Assembly: GCA_030668875.1 (NCBI GenBank)
Contig: DAOVER010000013.1
Span: 30,001 to 62,000, forward strand
Direction: 5' to 3'
From: Candidatus Heimdallarchaeota archaeon
Lineage (GTDB): Archaea > Asgardarchaeota > Heimdallarchaeia > Heimdallarchaeales > Heimdallarchaeaceae
Length of the DNA: 32,000 bases
The position numbers were made by a program, and so were the translations under genes. The notes under the pieces were generated by a model that was not told where the DNA came from, ran no database searches, and saw only the letters and a program-made list of their open reading frames with translations. Each line of letters begins with the position of its first letter. The first letter of the stretch is position 1. Positions 27,541 through 32,000 of the stretch are shown here, piece by piece.

Positions 27541-28749
27541 ATGATGCTCGTTAGACGGACTGAACGGATAAAAGTGAAACCTAGTTTCACGCTTATGCAG
27601 TTAGCAAGACAGAGCAAAAACGTGTATAATTATGGAAATTATATCATCAAAAGACAACTGAAAAATAGTAAATATATGACCTCAGAGTATGAATTAGTAA
27701 GTATAATCCGTTATCATCCTTGCTATACGAAATTTATCGCTCACTCAGCACAACAGACGATAAAATTTTTAGTAAAGAACTGGAAAGCGTATTTCAGAGC
27801 GATAAAAGAGTACAAGAAGCACCCGCAAAAATTCCTCTCTCCACCCCATGCGCCCAAATATAAGAAAAAACGAGGGTTCCACACCATCTACTTCACAGCT
27901 AACCAAGCAAAAGTGAAAGAAGAGGGGTGGTTGCATTTTCCCAAAAAAGTAGGGCTGAAAGTGAAAACAAGGCTGGAGAAAGGAAGGAAGATCAATCACG
28001 TCCGTTTACTCCCTAAAGGGACGTGTTTTATCTTAGAGATAATTTATGAGCGAGAAATAAAACAAGAGCCATCGAAACACTCCCTCCGAGCAAAGAATAT
28101 CTTAGCCATAGATTTAGGGGTGAATAATCTCTTGACTTGTGTGAGTAACTGCGTTTCCCCTTTCCTCATCAATGGGAGGAAACTAAAAGCTAGCAACCAA
28201 TGGTATAACAAAGAGTGTGCCCGTCTCCAATCTATATACGATTTACAAAGATTAGAAAATTACGGGCAGGGGATGAAGAAGGTTATAGACAAACGCTATC
28301 AACGGGTGGAAGATTATCTTCATAAAGCTTCAAGGATCGTCATCGACCAATGTTTGCAACATCGCATAGGTACCATTGTTATTGGTTATAACAAGAAATG
28401 GAAACAGAAAAGTAAAATGGGGAAGAAAAGCAATCAGATTTTCGTCTCTATTCCTTTCTTAAGCTTGGTACGCAAACTTCAATATAAAGCTGAAGAGGTA
28501 GGGATAAAAGTCATCTTGACGGAGGAAGATTTTACATCCAAATGTTCATTTTTAGATAACGAGGTAATCAAAAAACATCCCAAGTATCTAGGAAGAAGGT
28601 TGAAAAGAGGTTTATTCAGAAGCAAAACCGGTATCCTGCTTAACGCTGATTGCAACTCAGCTGGTAATATCGGTCGTAAAGTATTCCCGCTGGTCTTCAC
28701 CTACGGGACAGTGGATGCCGTGAGTCATCCTCACTGTTGGACTGTTTAG
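27541..28749 (+). CDS. tnpB: IS200/IS605-family TnpB RNA-guided nuclease (rearranged RuvC-II type)
   Basis: N-terminal SKNVYNYGNY helix, RuvC-I AIDLGVNN (D191), IVIGYNKKWKQ, YKAEEVGI, EEDFTSKCSFLD, KRGLF, RuvC-III NAD (D370). Confidence 0.93.
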   Translation: MMLVRRTERIKVKPSFTLMQLARQSKNVYNYGNYIIKRQLKNSKYMTSEYELVSIIRYHPCYTKFIAHSAQQTIKFLVKNWKAYFRAIKEYKKHPQKFLSPPHAPKYKKKRGFHTIYFTANQAKVKEEGWLHFPKKVGLKVKTRLEKGRKINHVRLLPKGTCFILEIIYEREIKQEPSKHSLRAKNILAIDLGVNNLLTCVSNCVSPFLINGRKLKASNQWYNKECARLQSIYDLQRLENYGQGMKKVIDKRYQRVEDYLHKASRIVIDQCLQHRIGTIVIGYNKKWKQKSKMGKKSNQIFVSIPFLSLVRKLQYKAEEVGIKVILTEEDFTSKCSFLDNEVIKKHPKYLGRRLKRGLFRSKTGILLNADCNSAGNIGRKVFPLVFTYGTVDAVSHPHCWTV

Positions 28750-28836
28750 AGTAATCGATGCAGAGATGATAACAGTTAAAGACCTTAGATGTTTCGTCAA
28801 CTAGCGGAAAGGTCACTCATATTCATTTTAAAATAC
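28690..28836 (+). ncRNA. Candidate omegaRNA (TnpB guide scaffold plus about 20-nt guide)
   Basis: Hairpin GGATG/CATCC (28713-28730), ACTGTT/AACAGT pairing (28741/28771), GACCTT/AAGGTC stem (28781-28814), terminal TCAC; overlap with the tnpB 3' end is established for omegaRNAs. Boundaries inferred. Confidence 0.55.
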
Positions 28837-28874
28837 TTTTTTATAGCTTTAAATTTATCATCTCTTGATAATAT

Positions 28875-30731
28875 ATGGCTAAGTTAGAAGAGCTTATTGT
28901 AAATGAAGAAACTAGAGTTCTTTGTTTAGGTAATGAAGCTATTGCAAGAGGTGCTATTGAGGCGGGAGTACAGGTTTTTGCTGCCTATCCTGGAACACCA
29001 AGTTCTGAGATAAGTATGGCAATGATTGCTATTGCTCCAAAACTAGGATTTTATGCTGAATGGAGCACTAATGAAAAAGTAGCAATGGAAACTGCTTTTG
29101 CGGCATCTATAAGTGGTATTAGAGCAATGACTGCTTGTAAGCATGTTGGCTTAAATGTAGCAGCTGATACTTTTTACTCGTTTATGTATATGGGATGTAA
29201 AGGTGGTTTTGTAACAGTTGTTGGAGATGACCCACATTGTTTCTCTAGCCAAAACGAGCAGGATTCTAGGTGGCTCGGTGTATCCGCACAATTTCCTGTT
29301 ATTGAACCATCTAGTCCTCAGGAAGCTAAAGAATATGTAAAAAGAGCTTTTGATGTGAGTGAAAAATTCGAGATGCCTATGCTACTTCGTTCAACAACAA
29401 GAGTATCTCATGCAAGAGCTGATGTGCAATTCAATAAATATGAATCAAATTTCAGAGAAGGAGTATATGAGAAAACAAACCGTTTTGCATGTCTCCCAGC
29501 TCTAGCAAGAGCAAATCATCCTAAGTTATTGGAAAGAATGGAAAAAATAAAGGAATGGTTACCAACAAGCGGATTCTCAACAATTGAGGGACCAGATAAT
29601 CATAATGAATTTGGCATAATCACAAGTGGAATCAGCTATGTTTATGTTAAGGATGCTCTAAAGGCAATAAAGAAAGAACTTCCCATTCTAAAACTAGGTA
29701 TGGTAGCTCCATTAGACGAGCAAACCATTCTAGAATTTGCAAAGAATAAGGAAAATATTATCTTCATTGAAGAAGTAGACCCTTATCTTGAAGATCGTAT
29801 AAGTGCTCTTTTCATTCAAAATGGAGTTATACCAAAGATTCATGGGAAAAGTTCAGGAATCACTAATAAATATCATGAATTGAACGACAGATTGGTTGCT
29901 GAAGCTCTAATCAAAGTAGTTGGAGGAGCCATAGTTCCTGTAAACGAAATTGAGAAAGCTGTTGAAGAAACTAAGGAGTTTGTTCCTTTCAGACCCCCTC
30001 TGTTTTGTGCTGGATGTCAACATAGAGCAGCATTTTGGGAATTATCCAAAGTTGTACGCAAAAAGGATGGTATTTTTGCTTCAGATATTGGTTGTTATTC
30101 ATTAGATCCCTGGGTAACAGACACAATAATATGTATGGGTGGAGGGATAGGTATGGCTAATGGCTTTGCAAGGGTAATAAAAGATAAACCGATATTTGCT
30201 TATATTGGAGACAGTACATTTTTCCATACGGGTATGCCTGCTTTGGCTAATGCTGTTTATAATAATGCAAATATTAACATTCTAGTTCTAGATAACAGAA
30301 TGACAGCTATGACTGGTTTCCAACCTAATCCTACTGAGAAAATAGATATTGTTGATGTAGCTAAATCATTAGGAGTAGAATATGTTGTTGAGTTTGATCC
30401 TTACGATTTCGAGAATGGAAAAAAGGTTTTTGAGGATGCATTGAAACATGAAGGACCAACTGTAATAATAATGAGAAAAATCTGTGCTAATGAAGATTGG
30501 AGAAGAAAGAGAAGAAAAGGAGAGAAAATAGAGGTTTTCCATATAGACCCAGAAGTATGTATTGCTTGTGGAACATGTATCGTGCAATATCAATGCCCAG
30601 CGATAAGATGGAGCTTAGATACAAACTCTAAAGGTAAAAAATATTCAGTCATAGATCCTGACATGTGCACAGGTTGTAGTGTTTGTTCTCAAATCTGTCC
30701 TGTGGGAGCAATTTCAAAGGTGGATGAATGA
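28875..30731 (+). CDS. iorA: Indolepyruvate:ferredoxin oxidoreductase alpha subunit
   Basis: LGNEAIARGA, YPGTPSSEI, EWSTNEKVA, KHVGLNVAAD, SQNEQDSR, FCAGCQHR, SDIGCY, IGDSTFFHTG, LDNRMTAMTGFQP, two C-terminal [4Fe-4S] motifs. Confidence 0.95.
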   Translation: MAKLEELIVNEETRVLCLGNEAIARGAIEAGVQVFAAYPGTPSSEISMAMIAIAPKLGFYAEWSTNEKVAMETAFAASISGIRAMTACKHVGLNVAADTFYSFMYMGCKGGFVTVVGDDPHCFSSQNEQDSRWLGVSAQFPVIEPSSPQEAKEYVKRAFDVSEKFEMPMLLRSTTRVSHARADVQFNKYESNFREGVYEKTNRFACLPALARANHPKLLERMEKIKEWLPTSGFSTIEGPDNHNEFGIITSGISYVYVKDALKAIKKELPILKLGMVAPLDEQTILEFAKNKENIIFIEEVDPYLEDRISALFIQNGVIPKIHGKSSGITNKYHELNDRLVAEALIKVVGGAIVPVNEIEKAVEETKEFVPFRPPLFCAGCQHRAAFWELSKVVRKKDGIFASDIGCYSLDPWVTDTIICMGGGIGMANGFARVIKDKPIFAYIGDSTFFHTGMPALANAVYNNANINILVLDNRMTAMTGFQPNPTEKIDIVDVAKSLGVEYVVEFDPYDFENGKKVFEDALKHEGPTVIIMRKICANEDWRRKRRKGEKIEVFHIDPEVCIACGTCIVQYQCPAIRWSLDTNSKGKKYSVIDPDMCTGCSVCSQICPVGAISKVDE

Positions 30732-30732
30732 A

Positions 30733-31332
30733 ATGGTAGAAACATATCAAATGGTAATTTGTGGAGTTGGTGGGCAAGGAATTCTCACAATCTCGGATAT
30801 TATAACAATCGCAGCACAGATGAAAGGGCTTAACATTCTAGGTTCAGAAGTACATGGGATGGCTCAAAAAGGAGGATCTGTCATAACAAATCTCAAAATT
30901 GGTAAGAATTTGAATTCTCCTACTATTCCAATTGGGACAAGCAAAATGCTTGTCGGTTTAGAACAAAACGAAACTTTGAGATACCTAAAGTATCTGCAAC
31001 CTGGTGGAACAGTCATTACATCGGACACTGTACTTTTCCCAATTACTTGGAAGAAAGACAAGAAAGCTGCAGAGAAAGCTAGAGAGAATATTAAAGACAA
31101 TCTAAGTAAATTCGATGCAGATGTTCATTTCATTGATGCAGAGGGGTTAGCTAACAAAGCTGGTTTAGCTTTAGCACAGAATATTGTTCTACTTGGAGCT
31201 TTGTCTCAAGTTGAAGGTTTTCCTGTAACTGATAATGACTTAAGAGAGGCTTTGAAAATTAGAGTCCCTCCAAAATATCTAGAAGTAAACCTAAAAGCAT
31301 TTGATTTGGGAATTAGTGCTGTGAAAAAATAA
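30733..31332 (+). CDS. iorB: Indolepyruvate:ferredoxin oxidoreductase beta subunit
   Basis: GVGGQGIL, SEVHGMAQKGGSV, NIVLLGALS, NLKAFDLG; start moved to ATG 30733, just after the iorA stop. Confidence 0.95.
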   Translation: MVETYQMVICGVGGQGILTISDIITIAAQMKGLNILGSEVHGMAQKGGSVITNLKIGKNLNSPTIPIGTSKMLVGLEQNETLRYLKYLQPGGTVITSDTVLFPITWKKDKKAAEKARENIKDNLSKFDADVHFIDAEGLANKAGLALAQNIVLLGALSQVEGFPVTDNDLREALKIRVPPKYLEVNLKAFDLGISAVKK

Positions 31333-31379
31333 GATTGATTAAATACTAGTACATATATCAATTGAACATAACTAGAAAA

Positions 31380-31700
31380 CTATGCTTTGAACGGCTCTTC
31401 ATTTGGAATAGTTACGGTGTTTATGATTTTTTCACCAGCAACTACTTCGTCTACTGAATGAACAGATGTTCCATAATCCCTTAGAACAATTTCAATGTCG
31501 TCAAAATTTAGATTTGGACCAACAATTGTTACTGTAATTCCTTCAGTACTAGAATCTGTTTCAGTTCTAACAATATTAACAGATTCAACATATTCCAATT
31601 CCCCAATAGCAGTTGCTAAAACATCAATTCGTGGTTGGTGGGGTTTTAAAACGTCTAATACAAGTCTTCTTATGCGGACACTCTTTGAAGGCTTTGCCAT
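31380..31700 (-). CDS. DUF211 family archaeal protein
   Basis: IRRLVLDVLKPHQP N-terminus and G.SVHSVDEVVAG C-terminus match DUF211. Confidence 0.88.
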   Translation of the reverse strand: MAKPSKSVRIRRLVLDVLKPHQPRIDVLATAIGELEYVESVNIVRTETDSSTEGITVTIVGPNLNFDDIEIVLRDYGTSVHSVDEVVAGEKIINTVTIPNEEPFKA

Positions 31701-31894
31701 CTTTTAATCCCATTATTATAGTAGTGTTAAGCAACCATCTATTGAAAGATTATTAAACTTTATGATTCGATTTTGTCTTGTTATTTAGCAATGCACAAAT
31801 CATCATAGTTTTATTACCAATAGAAAAAACAATATTAAAGCTATTATATATTAGGATATGAGAGCATAAGAATTCAGTACAAGTGTGAGAACAA

Positions 31895-32000
31895 ATGTCA
31901 AAAAACTTTCCTTTCGATTTATGGATTTCAACTGGAAGTGATTCCGGGATTAGTTTTGCAACAGTAGGTAGATTAGCTAGAGATTCAAGTATGATGCAAG
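31895..32000 (+). CDS. N-terminus of an unidentified protein, truncated by window edge
   Basis: Open frame from ATG 31895 to the end: MSKNFPFDLWISTGSDSGISFATVGRLARDSSMMQ..., after an AT-rich divergent intergenic region. Confidence 0.45.
   Translation, partial: MSKNFPFDLWISTGSDSGISFATVGRLARDSSMMQ

Larger units (their letters stand above)
27470..28816 (+). mobile_element. Non-autonomous IS200/IS605 (IS1341-like, tnpB-only) element; left boundary approximate
   Basis: Solo tnpB between two host genes with no tnpA in the window; hairpin-rich 3' flank ending in TCAC at 28813-28816. Left end not resolved. Confidence 0.65.

Noticed and set aside
1248-30731. Selenocysteine read-through of TGA stops in redox or Cys-rich genes (porD 1248, porB 3420, 27459, iorA 30729)
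   Set aside because: Each TGA falls at the expected C-terminus, and the next gene or a stop follows immediately; no in-frame continuation or SECIS-like element was seen.
1196-30732. Track start codons at 1196, 2439, 9306, 10790, 16127, 24542, 26742 and 30679
   Set aside because: They create long overlaps or junk N-termini; downstream ATGs with better SD spacing or coupling were used instead.
716-31707. The many 60-143 aa antisense or alternate-frame ORFs in the track (e.g. 716-1081, 2345-2620, 3825-4184, 4440-4871, 8354-8578, 19748-20086, 20721-21005, 25667-25894, 27769-27999, 31495-31707)
   Set aside because: Each lies largely within a well-supported gene, has no recognisable motif and shows shadow-frame composition (S/F/I/L-rich).
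1-32000. CRISPR arrays, tRNA/rRNA genes, DGR template/variable repeats, integrases
   Set aside because: I found no regularly spaced repeats, T-loop (GTTCRAATC) cloverleafs, reverse transcriptase or recombinase by eye in any intergenic or coding region; tRNAscan-SE and CRISPRCasFinder would confirm.
31895-32000. Assigning the truncated last ORF to an Asgard longin/roadblock-like family
   Set aside because: Only 35 residues are visible; the resemblance is too weak to support a family call.

Overview
AT-rich, gene-dense archaeal window, most likely from an Asgard archaeon. This is inferred from a Rab/Ras-like GTPase tail, a membrane-anchored RING protein, archaeal DUF211 and MJ0037-type genes, and AGGTGA/AGGAG Shine-Dalgarno sites. 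Core metabolism flanks the window: a porCDAB-type 2-oxoacid:ferredoxin oxidoreductase operon at the left and iorAB at the right. Between them lie two MFS transporters, an orphan N6-adenine methyltransferase, and a minus-strand run of rhodanese, deoxyhypusine synthase, Zn-ribbon protein, metallophosphoesterase, DUF47-like protein and a membrane-anchored Ig+EEP enzyme. Also present are several tiny Cys-rich proteins (one missing from the ORF track), DUF1295, MscS, a TM-RING protein, a Cys-rich membrane protein and a solo IS200/IS605 tnpB with a rearranged RuvC-II and a candidate omegaRNA. The best candidate for an undescribed system is the tightly coupled five-gene operon at 15019-23538. It encodes a YehL-type MoxR AAA+ ATPase, a DUF5682/YehM protein whose N-terminus looks like a TraB/Tiki metallo-hydrolase, a VWA protein with an intact MIDAS and a Q/G-rich insert, and two apparently paralogous YehQ-like proteins lacking the SWIM finger. 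I saw no tRNA, rRNA or CRISPR array. All family assignments come from motif recognition by eye; no database search was run.
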